Origin: a virus
Taxonomy: Duplodnaviria; Caudoviricetes
Reading direction: 5' to 3' (one strand)
Length of the DNA: 64,000 nucleotides
IMG/VR virus record: IMGVR_UViG_3300029288_000111
Location: 37,093 to 101,092 of that record
Part shown: one piece after another, positions 1 to 9,141 of the stretch
How the letters are laid out: each line of letters starts with the position of its first letter
Numbering within the stretch: position 1 is the stretch's first letter
Notes under the pieces: model-generated
Databases searched by the model: none
What the model saw: only the letters and a program-made list of their open reading frames with translations
Told to the model about the DNA's origin: nothing
Translations under genes and position numbers: made by a program

Positions 1-662
1 GGTGTGAAGCCGTCAGACCATCCGGGGTAGGTGGGGCTCACCATGCGCGCCTGGACATCCAGCGGTGGGTAAGGCCGCCCCTTCCCCCATACTGCGCGGT
101 TCAGGTCAACGGCTTCCAGCAACGGTTCCATGCTGACGAATTTCACCGCCGCGTTAACCCGGAGCAGGTCCGGGATCCGCTCGTCGGCGCCCTTCTGCGT
201 GCCAGCAGTCGTACCCACCCACAGATGTGCCGGCAGCTCCTCTCTGACGAGGAGCCGCGCCAGCCGCGCCGGCCTCTTCGTGAGGATCTGCCAGTCTACA
301 TCCGTTCTCAGGGTCAAGACTCCCAGCGCCCGCCGGATGAACTCGTCCGGCACGTTCGGGTGGCACAGGTCCCCCATATCGCACACGAAGCACAGCGGCC
401 GGCTGCCCGGCCCCCGGCGATACGCCTCCCCACCATCCTTCGGCTCCCAGCGGGAGAGCGCGATCAACTTCTCGACGGAGTAGGTGGTGTGTTCGCCCGC
501 CGCATTGGAACGCAGTAGGATGGCGCGAGCGTAACAGTGCTCACACTCCGGCGAGCACTCGCAGTCGCCCGCGGCGGTGCCGCGCAGCACGAAGTTCGCG
601 CAGCCGCCGCTGTAATCGGTCCAGCCGATGGACGAGCGTTTCGGGTTCGCAAGTCGGCTCAT
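1..662 (-). CDS. Gp37/Gp68 (DUF5131) family phage protein, runs off window edge
   Basis: Manual translation from ATG 662 (absent from ORF track): SIGWTD, CECSPECEHCYA, FVCDMGDLCH, WQILTKRP, FVSMEPLL motifs. Confidence 0.85.
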   Translation of the reverse strand, partial: MSRLANPKRSSIGWTDYSGGCANFVLRGTAAGDCECSPECEHCYARAILLRSNAAGEHTTYSVEKLIALSRWEPKDGGEAYRRGPGSRPLCFVCDMGDLCHPNVPDEFIRRALGVLTLRTDVDWQILTKRPARLARLLVREELPAHLWVGTTAGTQKGADERIPDLLRVNAAVKFVSMEPLLEAVDLNRAVWGKGRPYPPLDVQARMVSPTYPGWSDGFT

Positions 663-1573
663 GATCCCGTTCCTTCCAGCCACTCCCGCGTCAGCTTCTC
701 CGCCTCCAGGGTGACTCCGGCCTCCAGGGTGGTGAGCCAGGCGACGGCGTAGGTGACAGACAGTTCGGAATCGTCGTCCTCCCAGTCCTCGGGCAGGTCC
801 ACGCCGTGATCCAGGTCGGACCGCGCCCCCGGCCGCGTGAACCGGCGATACTCTCGCTCCTGGATGTATTCGAGGCACAGCCTATCCCGATCAACCTCGA
901 AGACGTAGCGGCCCGACCGCAGCGCCTCCAACACGAACTCCGTGATCCCGAACTCGGAGCACCAGTGAATCACGTGCTCGCGGAACGTCTCCGGGTCATC
1001 CTCCGTGCTACCAACTCCGGTGAAGTCGAGGCCATCCACATACCGCAGATGACGGCAGACGCAATCCTCCTGGTTCAGAAACACCCCCGGTGTGCAGATG
1101 TTGCAATAGGCGAACCCCCCATCCGACTCCGCGGAGACCAGAAACGGGTTGCGCGTGTCCTCAATGGGATACGCCTGCTCCATCCACAAGCGCCGGTGCC
1201 TCTTCAGATCGAGGGGCTTCCGCAGCAGGCGATGCCCCAGTGCTCGCGCCGCACGCCGGGTGATCGGCTGATAGACGCCATCCACCCACCGTCGCAGGGG
1301 CACGCCGGGAGCGACCCAGATGCGCGCATGGCTACCGTCAAAGAGGGTGGCATCGAGGCTTCCTGAGCCGCTGGAGTGACGATAGAGAGCGCCCCCGTTC
1401 ACCACCTCGAAGTTCCACCAATCCATGGACTCGTAGGTCTCGGCGGGGCTATTCCATCTGGGAGTTTCCGTCGCGGTGATCGCCTCGAACGGGATGCCAT
1501 CGTCCGCGTAACGGATCATCAGCACCCGGCGCAGACGGCCATCAAACAACTTGTACTCCACACAAGCATTCAC
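659..1573 (-). CDS. hypothetical protein
   Basis: ORF 659..1693; likely GTG start 1573 overlapping the upstream stop (GTGA); stop overlaps next ATG. Confidence 0.7.
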   Translation of the reverse strand: MNACVEYKLFDGRLRRVLMIRYADDGIPFEAITATETPRWNSPAETYESMDWWNFEVVNGGALYRHSSGSGSLDATLFDGSHARIWVAPGVPLRRWVDGVYQPITRRAARALGHRLLRKPLDLKRHRRLWMEQAYPIEDTRNPFLVSAESDGGFAYCNICTPGVFLNQEDCVCRHLRYVDGLDFTGVGSTEDDPETFREHVIHWCSEFGITEFVLEALRSGRYVFEVDRDRLCLEYIQEREYRRFTRPGARSDLDHGVDLPEDWEDDDSELSVTYAVAWLTTLEAGVTLEAEKLTREWLEGTGS

Positions 1574-2088
1574 AGGTGCCCTCCTCTCTTCAGCATCTCC
1601 TCCACCTCCGCCGGCAACTGCCACGTCCACAACCCCTGTGCGCCGCGCGCCGGGATCGGCGGCTCTAGGCGCAGGACCGGGCGCGTGATCCACCCGTAGC
1701 GGCCGGGAGCGTAGTTACCCAGGTCCGCCTCACACTCTCGCCAGAAAGGGCTGCTCCGGATGTGCGTCGTCGGCCAGGCGTCCCGGTACTGCACGATGGT
1801 CCGGACCACGCCTAGCGGGAGGTTCCATCGCTCCTCGCCGCGTCTCGTGATCTCGTGGCGATACCCGGCCGCCTCCAGATAGGATCGGATCGGCTCGCGG
1901 CAACACTCGCGCAGGCCATCCTCGCTTTTCGAGGCGTGGATGCCCAACAGATCCCCGGGCCGCAGTTGACCGGAAAGCGGCTTCCAACTCCGCGTTTCGA
2001 TGCACTTCCACGGCAACTCGTCCGGGCCGAGGATCGACATCAGCGTCGCCCACGGCTCCCAGAGGGTCACACACCAGATCCAGGCCAT
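1570..2088 (-). CDS. ASCH domain protein
   Basis: TLWEPWATL..KCIETRSW..GIHASK..GRYGW..PIPARGAQGLW motifs; ATG 2088 with RBS. Confidence 0.85.
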   Translation of the reverse strand: MAWIWCVTLWEPWATLMSILGPDELPWKCIETRSWKPLSGQLRPGDLLGIHASKSEDGLRECCREPIRSYLEAAGYRHEITRRGEERWNLPLGVVRTIVQYRDAWPTTHIRSSPFWRECEADLGNYAPGRYGWITRPVLRLEPPIPARGAQGLWTWQLPAEVEEMLKRGGHL

Positions 2089-2093
2089 GTCAG

Positions 2094-2513
2094 CTACCTC
2101 CTTCCCTGACCGCCTGCAGCGCCGCCAACACCAGGCATGGTCGCCAAGCCATCGTAGGGCATGGCGAGTTCGCGCACACACCTCACCGCCACCCGGCACA
2201 CCGCCTCCATGAGCGTGGTGCCCGGCGATTGGTAGCCCGGGCGGCCATTCCAGCCTGCCCAGCCCTGCGCCGTCAACCCGGCCCAGTAGGTGTCGCCCGG
2301 CGCGAACGGTGTCAGCAGGCGCCAGTGGTGGGTGCGCTCCATGTGCTCGATCACGTGATCAAGGCATCTCCACCACTCAGAGACAGGCGTGACCATCCCG
2401 CCTGTGAACCCGAGCGCCTCCCATACCAGCAGGTTCAGTTGCGGCCCTGCCGGCAGGGCGTCCACCTCCTCGGCGGTGGGCTGCCAGCCGATCTCGATCG
2501 TCACTAGCGGCAC
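2094..2513 (-). CDS. hypothetical phage protein
   Basis: ORF with GGAGG RBS in a tightly packed operon. Confidence 0.65.
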   Translation of the reverse strand: MPLVTIEIGWQPTAEEVDALPAGPQLNLLVWEALGFTGGMVTPVSEWWRCLDHVIEHMERTHHWRLLTPFAPGDTYWAGLTAQGWAGWNGRPGYQSPGTTLMEAVCRVAVRCVRELAMPYDGLATMPGVGGAAGGQGRR

Positions 2514-2531
2514 TTCCGTCCTCCCGTTCTC

Positions 2532-2708
2532 CTACAGCGGCAGCGCGAGCTGCTCCACCCGCCCCCGGCGGGGTTCCGCCGGGGGCGGTGGCTCAACAGC
2601 AGGCGCGGCCGGTCCTTTCAGCTTCCTGCCGCAGTGCGTGCAGTAGGCCTCCCCCGGCACGCACAGCTCGATCTCCCGCGTGCACCGGGGGCAGGCCACT
2701 CTCCCCAC
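2532..2708 (-). CDS. small zinc-ribbon protein
   Basis: CPRC..CTHC pairs; GTG 2708 after GAGGGAG. Confidence 0.55.
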   Translation of the reverse strand: MGRVACPRCTREIELCVPGEAYCTHCGRKLKGPAAPAVEPPPPAEPRRGRVEQLALPL

Positions 2709-2715
2709 GTCTCCC

Positions 2716-2994
2716 TCACGACGAGACCGGCGCATACGCTCGCTCCTCGCCCGCGTAGGCCAGCATCCGGCCAGTGAGCTCGCGCCGTACCAGCTTCTCG
2801 GCGGCCTCCATCGCGACCCGATGGAGGTCGGCCATCAACCCCAGCGCGGCGACCCGGTCCTCGCTGCACGCGCGCCTCAATATCTCCTGCAGGCGCTCCA
2901 GACCCTCCTCAGCCTCTGCCAGCGCCGTCTCGTGCGTGCCCCGGCAGAGATTGGCCCCCGCCACGTCCAGGTTCGCCCGTGCTCTCTCCATCAC
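2716..2994 (-). CDS. hypothetical protein, first gene of leftward operon
   Basis: GGAGGGAGGAG RBS directly downstream of promoter 3017-3042. Confidence 0.7.
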   Translation of the reverse strand: MMERARANLDVAGANLCRGTHETALAEAEEGLERLQEILRRACSEDRVAALGLMADLHRVAMEAAEKLVRRELTGRMLAYAGEERAYAPVSS

Positions 2995-3016
2995 TCCTCC
3001 TCCCTCCTGCCACTGC

Positions 3017-3042
3017 TAACGATCCAAACCGGTCAGCGTTCC
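3017..3042 (-). promoter_or_regulatory. ECF-type promoter GGAAC-N16-CGTTA (leftward)
   Basis: GGAAC gctgaccggtttggat CGTTAGC. Confidence 0.8.
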
Positions 3043-3078
3043 CGGAATCTGCACCCGTTCATCGGAGTCGAGATTCCG

Positions 3079-3104
3079 GGAACGCTCGGCCCCCTCGCGC
3101 GTTA
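3079..3104 (+). promoter_or_regulatory. ECF-type promoter GGAAC-N16-CGTTA (rightward, divergent pair)
   Basis: GGAAC gctcggccccctcgcg CGTTAGC, then GGGAGG RBS and ATG 3126. Confidence 0.8.
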
Positions 3105-3125
3105 GCAGTGGCAGGGAGGAAACGA

Positions 3126-3440
3126 ATGAGCGACGTGGCGAGAGAGTTCCGAAACGCAAGGCGCGTGGATACGGCCAAGGACTCCGCCCTTCTCGGGCCG
3201 CGCGGCCTTCCCGACTACGACCGCATGGCGACCGTGTCGGCGTTCGGGCGCGCGCTGGATTACCTCTGCCAACTGTCGGAAAGCCGGCGGACGGCCCTCG
3301 TCTGCAGCGAGGGCGACCCGATGCAGTGCCACCGGGAGAAGTTGCTGGCCCGCGAGCTACGCGCCCGCGGCGTGGAAGTGCGGCACATCCTGAGGGATGG
3401 GAGCATCGCCCCGCCGCCTGCACAGGGAGCCCTGCTATGA
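3126..3440 (+). CDS. DUF488-like protein (C-terminal half)
   Basis: ALVCSEGDPMQCHR..LL..G.EVRHI motif. Confidence 0.7.
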   Translation: MSDVAREFRNARRVDTAKDSALLGPRGLPDYDRMATVSAFGRALDYLCQLSESRRTALVCSEGDPMQCHREKLLARELRARGVEVRHILRDGSIAPPPAQGALL

Positions 3441-3461
3441 AGAAGAAGGAGAAGACCGACA

Positions 3462-3722
3462 ATGGGCACACATGACACCCCTCCGAGCGGCGGATCGCAC
3501 GTCCGCTCACTCACGCTCTCTCACACCTTCGTCGTCGGCGACGGCGAGGACGCCCGCCTGCACTGCGACCACTGCGGTGAGGAAGTTCCGATGCCCTACG
3601 GGGTCGTCACCTGGGTCTGTGGCGTAATCGACGCCTTCAATGCCGCTCACTGCCGCTGCCACCCAGGCGACGAACCCTTTGGCCGCACCCGCTTTGCCGG
3701 AGAAAGGAATCCCGATGCCTGA
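3462..3722 (+). CDS. hypothetical protein with CxxC
   Basis: RBS AGGAG; ORF fits operon. Confidence 0.55.
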   Translation: MGTHDTPPSGGSHVRSLTLSHTFVVGDGEDARLHCDHCGEEVPMPYGVVTWVCGVIDAFNAAHCRCHPGDEPFGRTRFAGERNPDA

Positions 3723-4482
3723 GACGATCACCCCCGCGCCGGAGCCGGACGTCGAGGAACTCAACGCCGACCGCTGCCCGATGACGCTGCCCCTCTCCAT
3801 GTGGCAACTCCTCGCCAAACTGTCCTGGCCCGACGGCCTCTCGAAGCGCCTTCGCAAAGCGGTGGCCGAGGCGGACATCAAGGATGTCATGCTCACCCTC
3901 TGGCCGAACCCCGGGGAGTATTTCGTCCTCGCCCCGACGGCGTTCGCCCTCCTCAATACCGAGATCGACCGCCTGAAAGGGCACGCCGAGTCGGTGATCA
4001 CCGACCTGCGACTGCGGAGCCAGGAGGTCAAGGACGGCAAGTTCTGCCTGAATGTCGAAACCCGGCACGAGCTGATGACCGTCCTGGCTGCGAGTCTGGC
4101 GAACATCCTGTCATCAGCAGGCGCATCGAACTACGTCGAGTTCACGGTGGCGCACCCAGACTTCGGCCCGCTCACCCTCACCCTTCAGCGCCAGCAGGGC
4201 AAGACGCCTGGACAAGTCGCCGCCGAGGTGATCGCCGAGCGCGATGCCGCCCGCGCCGAGGTGAGTGCGGCTTGCTGCTTTAAGTTCGTCGGACCGGGCG
4301 GAAGGTGGGTGGCAAGTAGTATCCCGGACGGCAAGTGGATCTGTTACCGGAACGATGGGCCGCTCGCACTGCGGTTGCCGTGGACGGACCACGCCACCCA
4401 GGCCGAGGCCGTCGCCCATGCGCGCGCTGAGGCCGCTGTCTACGACGCCGCGCTGAAGGAGCAGGAGAACGCCAATGTCTGA
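3715..4482 (+). CDS. hypothetical protein
   Basis: ATG 3715 with AAAGGA RBS; high GC3. Confidence 0.7.
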   Translation: MPETITPAPEPDVEELNADRCPMTLPLSMWQLLAKLSWPDGLSKRLRKAVAEADIKDVMLTLWPNPGEYFVLAPTAFALLNTEIDRLKGHAESVITDLRLRSQEVKDGKFCLNVETRHELMTVLAASLANILSSAGASNYVEFTVAHPDFGPLTLTLQRQQGKTPGQVAAEVIAERDAARAEVSAACCFKFVGPGGRWVASSIPDGKWICYRNDGPLALRLPWTDHATQAEAVAHARAEAAVYDAALKEQENANV

Positions 4483-4672
4483 GACGCACTCCGTATACCG
4501 CGCCGGCCAGGAGCGCGAGCCACTCAAGGTGGGCGACCGCGTTCGCGTGGAGGGCGTCGTGACTAACATAGGACACTGGAGCGCGGCGATCCGCCTGGAG
4601 ACCGGCGATTTCGTTTTCATATCGCTACCTACCGCCAACCGCCTGCCGAAGATCCAGGAGGTGCAGGAATGA
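4475..4672 (+). CDS. hypothetical protein
   Basis: Translationally coupled ORF. Confidence 0.55.
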   Translation: MSETHSVYRAGQEREPLKVGDRVRVEGVVTNIGHWSAAIRLETGDFVFISLPTANRLPKIQEVQE

Positions 4673-6081
4673 CCACCGCGCAGGAGCGCCGGCATCCACA
4701 CACCCTGGGCAGCGGAGAAGGTCAGCAGGTGAGCTACCAGATCCTTCAGGGTGACTGCTGCGAGGTGCTGGTGGGCCTGCCGGACGGGCACTTCCAGACC
4801 TGCATTACGTCGCCGCCCTACTACAACCTGCGATCCTATAATGCGGGCGACCGCGAGATAGGGCAGGAGAGCACCCCGGAAGCCTATGTGGCGCGCCTGG
4901 TGACCGTGTTCGCCGAAGTGCGTCGGGTGCTGCACGATACCGGGGTACTGTGGGTCAATCTTGGCGATAGCTATGCGAACTGCGGCGGCCCCGAACCGGC
5001 GCTGCCAGCGGGCAACCTCCTTGGCATTCCCTGGCGGTTCGCCTTCGCGATGCAGCAGGACGGGTGGCTCTTGCGTTCGTCTGTGGTGTGGGCTAAGGCG
5101 GTGAGCTATAACCCTGGCTACAGCGGGTCGGTGATGCCCGAATCAGTAAGGGGGTGGATATGGGGACGGTGCCGGGTGAAGGCGGAGGGGCGCCCGTACC
5201 GGCAGCATCAAAGCGTTGCCGGGGAAACGTGGACAGGAGACGTATCGCGCAAGCTGACTGCCACGTACAGTGACTGCCCCGGATGCGAACGCTGCCTTCC
5301 CAACGGCGGCTACGTCCTTCGCCGGGGTTCCTGGCGGCCCACCAGCGCCCACGAGATGGTGTTCATGTTCACGAAGGGTGGTGATTACTTCTGCGACAGC
5401 ACGGCAGTGGCGGAGGTGGGAAGTGGGCGTGTACCAGGAAATGTGAAGCCACAGAAAGGTGTGGGGGATAAAGGATTTGAGATTCGCGGAGGGCTACTCG
5501 CTTCACAGCAGCAGCCACAGATGACCCGCAACCCACGGAACGTGTGGGATATACCCCTAGAAACCGACGTGCTGAAGCTGAGCCCGCGTGGGTCATCGCT
5601 TCCCCACTACGCTTTGTTCCCGCCCGACCTGGTACGCCCGATGATCCGGGCGGCAACCGGCGGCAGAGAACATCCGGGTGTGTGTAGCTCCTGCGGGATG
5701 CCGTGGAGCCCTGTAGTGGAAACACAGCGAGGGTTCCGCGTTGACCGCCCGGCGGTCAACGCGGAACAGACCGGACGTTCTGATGGGTTCACACCACCAC
5801 CTGCTTCCAAGGATATATACCAAAAGCACGTTTCATCCTACCGCCCATCCTGCCCCCACGCCGACGCCCCGGCGCGGCCGGCGCGCGTCCTAGACCCCTT
5901 CTCGGGCATGGGCACCACCTGCCTGGTGGCTATCCAGGAGGGTTGCGACGCCACCGGGATCGAGCTGAACACGGATTACGCCCGCATGTCCGAGGAGCGC
6001 ATAGATCGTGAGGGGGTGATCGGCCCCCGCGCCTACGACCGGCAGCAGGCCGGGCAGTTGCGACTCATGGAGGTAGGCTGA
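4669..6081 (+). CDS. site-specific DNA amino-methyltransferase (N4C/N6A, beta order) with Cys-rich insertions
   Basis: Catalytic TSPPY precedes SAM-binding VLDPFSGMGTT; GIELN; HYALFP. Confidence 0.92.
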   Translation: MTTAQERRHPHTLGSGEGQQVSYQILQGDCCEVLVGLPDGHFQTCITSPPYYNLRSYNAGDREIGQESTPEAYVARLVTVFAEVRRVLHDTGVLWVNLGDSYANCGGPEPALPAGNLLGIPWRFAFAMQQDGWLLRSSVVWAKAVSYNPGYSGSVMPESVRGWIWGRCRVKAEGRPYRQHQSVAGETWTGDVSRKLTATYSDCPGCERCLPNGGYVLRRGSWRPTSAHEMVFMFTKGGDYFCDSTAVAEVGSGRVPGNVKPQKGVGDKGFEIRGGLLASQQQPQMTRNPRNVWDIPLETDVLKLSPRGSSLPHYALFPPDLVRPMIRAATGGREHPGVCSSCGMPWSPVVETQRGFRVDRPAVNAEQTGRSDGFTPPPASKDIYQKHVSSYRPSCPHADAPARPARVLDPFSGMGTTCLVAIQEGCDATGIELNTDYARMSEERIDREGVIGPRAYDRQQAGQLRLMEVG

Positions 6082-6085
6082 CACA

Positions 6086-6603
6086 GTGCAACTCGTGCCG
6101 CTGAAACTATCCGACGCTAACGCCCTGGTGGCCCGCTACCACCGACACAACAAGCCTGTGGTGGGCTCCCGCTTTTCTATTGGTCTAGTGTTCGGCGGCC
6201 AGTTGGTCGGCGCGGCCATTGTCGGACGGCCAGTAGCTCGACACCTGGACGACCTCATGACCGCTGAAGTGACACGGGTGTGCGTGACGCCGGAAGCGCC
6301 GAGGAATGCGAACTCTTGTCTCTATGGTGCCTGCTGGCGGGCATGGCGGGCGATGGGCGGCAGGCGCATGGTGACGTACACGCCACGCGGGAGAGCGGTG
6401 CGTCCCTGCGTGGGGCGGGGTGGCGGTGCGTTAGCGACGTGCGTGCTGATGAATGGTCTTGCAAGAGCCGGCCGCGTCAAACACAAACTGTCTACGGCGA
6501 GACGAAGTACCGTTGGCAGGTAGGGGAAGATTCGCCGGAAGTGCCGACGTGGGAAACGAGTGACCGGCAGCTGGCCGGGCAACTTGCCCTGTTGGAAACC
6601 TGA
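6086..6603 (+). pseudogene. XF1762 / Mom-like family protein, frameshifted near 6385
   Basis: HRHNKP..GRPVAR.LDD..EVTR..LYGA..TYT in one frame; ESGASLRGAGW..KYRW in another. Confidence 0.75.
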
Positions 6604-6618
6604 GAGGAACTGAACACC

Positions 6619-6942
6619 ATGGACTCGCGTGAACAAGCTGAAGACCGCCCCGTTTTCGACGAGTGGGCCGTTGTCGAACTCCTCGGCCACACCACCCTCG
6701 CCGGCCGCTGCACCGAGGAAACCATCGCCGGCGCGGGCGTCCTGCGGATCGAGGTGCCCGCGACGAACGACACTCCCGCCTTCCGCCGCTATGTCGGCCC
6801 GAAGGCGCTCTACTCCATCACGCCTTGCTCGGAATACGAGGCGTACCGGCTGGCCGCCCGGCTGAAGGCCGACCGCCTCCCATTCGGCTTCGAGCGCCCG
6901 GAGGCCGGCGGCGAACCCGAGGACCCCTGCGAGAGGGAGTAA
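6619..6942 (+). CDS. conserved phage hypothetical protein
   Basis: WAVVELLGH..AG..LRIEVP..ALYSITP motif; RBS GAGGA. Confidence 0.75.
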   Translation: MDSREQAEDRPVFDEWAVVELLGHTTLAGRCTEETIAGAGVLRIEVPATNDTPAFRRYVGPKALYSITPCSEYEAYRLAARLKADRLPFGFERPEAGGEPEDPCERE

Positions 6943-6979
6943 GCACAAGAGTCAAGATTCCGAGAAAGGGAAAGAAGCG

Positions 6980-7267
6980 ATGAAGAGAACCCCAGAACAG
7001 ATCCGCGCAGAGTTGAGCGAGGTGTCGAGGATACATGCCCAACTGGAATCCCTGGTCAAGAATGCGAATACGTTCTTCCGGTCGAGTGCGGAAGAAGGAT
7101 GCGACTCCAGCGTCTTGGAGTGCAGACGAAGCTTGTGTAGAGACTACCAGCGGGCAGCCCAGGTGTTGGACACGGTCACGACCATGCTGACCTATGAACT
7201 AAACGACTCGGTGCGGCTCACCCGTGGGGCCAAACAGGAGGACGCCCCGAACGCAGCATCCTCGTAA
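6980..7267 (+). CDS. hypothetical protein (lower GC)
   Basis: ORF with purine-rich RBS; last gene before hairpin. Confidence 0.55.
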   Translation: MKRTPEQIRAELSEVSRIHAQLESLVKNANTFFRSSAEEGCDSSVLECRRSLCRDYQRAAQVLDTVTTMLTYELNDSVRLTRGAKQEDAPNAASS

Positions 7268-7363
7268 CCCCGCACCCGCCAACCGGGCGAGCACTTTGGC
7301 CGTTTCGGTCGTTCCGACCACAAACGGGAGGAGATAGGAGGGCGTCATGTAGCCCGTACACGC

Positions 7364-7401
7364 GAAGAGGCCCGGGCAGGTTTCCCCACCCGGGCCTCTT
7401 C
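7364..7401. terminator. inverted repeat between convergent operons
   Basis: GAAGAGGCCCGGG...CCCGGGCCTCTTC 13-bp stem. Confidence 0.65.
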
Positions 7402-7450
7402 TCTCCGCCCGCCTGAAAATCAACCGCCGCAAAATGCGCGAGAGACAGGT

Positions 7451-8008
7451 TCAGCTACCCAGCGCCCGCAGCCGCTTTGCCAACTCTGCCGCGAACCGCA
7501 CCCGCGTCTCCCGCGCCGCGATGATCCGCCGGTCCCTCGGGCAGGTGAGATACCCCACCTCCACCAGCGCGCAGGGGCCGCGAAAGTCCATCACCGCCAG
7601 CCGATGCACTGCGGTCTCCCGCTCGTTCCGCACGCCCCTGTCCCTCAGCCCGGTGGCTCGCAGGCAGGCAGCATGAACGATACAGGCGAACTTCTGATCC
7701 TCACCGTCGCGGAAGAACGTCTCCACCCCGCTGGTCAGGATGCTCCCGGCGTTGGCGTGGATGCTCAGGAAGTGCGTGCAGCCCGCCGCGCGGGCACGCT
7801 CGTCGCGGTTGCCTACCGGCGCGGCGTCGCGGTCGTCGGCGCGAGAGAGCCAGCAGGCGATCCCTGCCTGCACCAGTGCCCACTTCAGCGTCAGCGCCCA
7901 CTGGAGCGCCAGGTCCGCTTCCTGGATGCCCCCCGCACACGCGCCGCAATCGTACGAGCCGGAAGTCTTATTCGAGAACCCATGTCCGGGATCAAGGGCG
8001 AGTTTCAT
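7451..8008 (-). CDS. N-acetylmuramoyl-L-alanine amidase (Amidase_3) endolysin
   Basis: LDPGHG, E, LSIHAN, VEVGY zinc/catalytic motifs. Confidence 0.92.
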   Translation of the reverse strand: MKLALDPGHGFSNKTSGSYDCGACAGGIQEADLALQWALTLKWALVQAGIACWLSRADDRDAAPVGNRDERARAAGCTHFLSIHANAGSILTSGVETFFRDGEDQKFACIVHAACLRATGLRDRGVRNERETAVHRLAVMDFRGPCALVEVGYLTCPRDRRIIAARETRVRFAAELAKRLRALGS

Positions 8009-8213
8009 CGATCCACCCCCCGTCCGGGTCCTCGTCCATCTCCGGCACGGCCGGCGACTTAGGCCACGGCACGATCAGCGGAACCGACCCCCCCTTCAGT
8101 TCAGGATCGGTCGGCGGCGCCTTCTCCCGCCGCCGCAGCCACGCCCCGATCCGCACGACGAGTTGCCAGCCCTTCACCGTCACGATGATCTTCTCCGGGA
8201 TCGGCAGCTTCAC
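7992..8213 (-). CDS. small hypothetical protein, lysis region
   Basis: GTG 8213 after AAAGGAG; overlaps neighbours. Confidence 0.55.
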   Translation of the reverse strand: MKLPIPEKIIVTVKGWQLVVRIGAWLRRREKAPPTDPELKGGSVPLIVPWPKSPAVPEMDEDPDGGWIDETRP

Positions 8214-8521
8214 GGCGCTTCTCCTTTCGCCCGCAGCCGCTTCAGCGCGGCCTGCACCAGCGCCTTCGCCCGCCGGCAGGCCCGCCGCACCAGCGCCCGC
8301 ACCAGCGCATCCGGCAGGAGCCGCCCGAACCGATGGGCACGGATCCATGTCACCGCCGTGTCTTCGAGGACCCGCTCCAACTCCTCCTCACTAAGGCAGG
8401 AGTCGGGATCCACCCGCGCTGTCTTCTCCGCCTGCCGAACCGCCAACGCGGTCCGCTCCTCCACCGCCTTCAGGCCCGCCAGCAGCGCCGCGGCGATGGC
8501 TAGGCCCGTTTCGAGGTTCAC
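8210..8521 (-). CDS. hypothetical protein, lysis region
   Basis: Coupled ORF with hydrophobic N-terminus. Confidence 0.6.
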   Translation of the reverse strand: MNLETGLAIAAALLAGLKAVEERTALAVRQAEKTARVDPDSCLSEEELERVLEDTAVTWIRAHRFGRLLPDALVRALVRRACRRAKALVQAALKRLRAKGEAP

Positions 8522-8838
8522 TCTTCGGTTCCCTTCCTACCGACCATCAGGTGCTCTATCGTGCTCCTCATGCGGTCGATCTGCGCATGCAGCGTTTCGA
8601 TTTCCGCCAACGCCTGCGAGAGCCGGGAGTTTACCAGCGTATGGATCTCGGCACTTGCTTCTGCTTGCGACAGAGCAATCTTCTTCGCGTTCCCAGCCTG
8701 TACCTCGGCGGCATTCTTGGCCTCCCGTGCCATTCGGAGTGCTGTCCGCTGTTGGACAATCAGGGTGAGGATGCCCCCGAGCAATCCTACCAGCGCCACT
8801 CCCACAGCGCCCAGTGCAGTCCACATCGCGTCAGTCAT
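8518..8838 (-). CDS. membrane protein (one TM + coiled coil), holin-like
   Basis: WTALGAVGVALVGLLGGILTLIV TM segment upstream of amidase. Confidence 0.65.
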   Translation of the reverse strand: MTDAMWTALGAVGVALVGLLGGILTLIVQQRTALRMAREAKNAAEVQAGNAKKIALSQAEASAEIHTLVNSRLSQALAEIETLHAQIDRMRSTIEHLMVGRKGTEE

Positions 8839-9106
8839 GGCGTTTACAATGCTCCATCAGCGCCCCGATGGCCAGGCGCAGTTCGACGAGGGCCTTCGTG
8901 TTCTCCGAGAGACTTCCACGAAGCAACGTATAGAGGAGCATGAATGCAGTGATCGGGAACCCTACGTCCCTGATCCCGGCCCACACGTCATAACCTCCCT
9001 GCACCGCTATTGCCGCAACGGGCGCCTGGCCCCCTGCCAACGTGGCAGCCAGAACCGCGGTCGCCGCCGATAGAACCATCACCAAACTGAAACGGATCAG
9101 TGTCAT
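8831..9106 (-). CDS. membrane protein, holin-like
   Basis: Two hydrophobic segments, DVGFPI motif; ATG 9106 with AGGAAGGAG RBS. Confidence 0.6.
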   Translation of the reverse strand: MTLIRFSLVMVLSAATAVLAATLAGGQAPVAAIAVQGGYDVWAGIRDVGFPITAFMLLYTLLRGSLSENTKALVELRLAIGALMEHCKRHD

Positions 9107-9141
9107 CAGGCTCCTTCCTGGCTCACGGGGCCAGCCGAATC

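Noticed and set aside
507-534. GGAAC-N18-CGTAA resembling the ECF motif
   Set aside because: Wrong spacing, intragenic and antisense, no downstream gene
648-662. MSRLA start of the Gp37/Gp68 protein resembling the leader
   Set aside because: Similarity ends after five residues; no KxIA or K[AG] site
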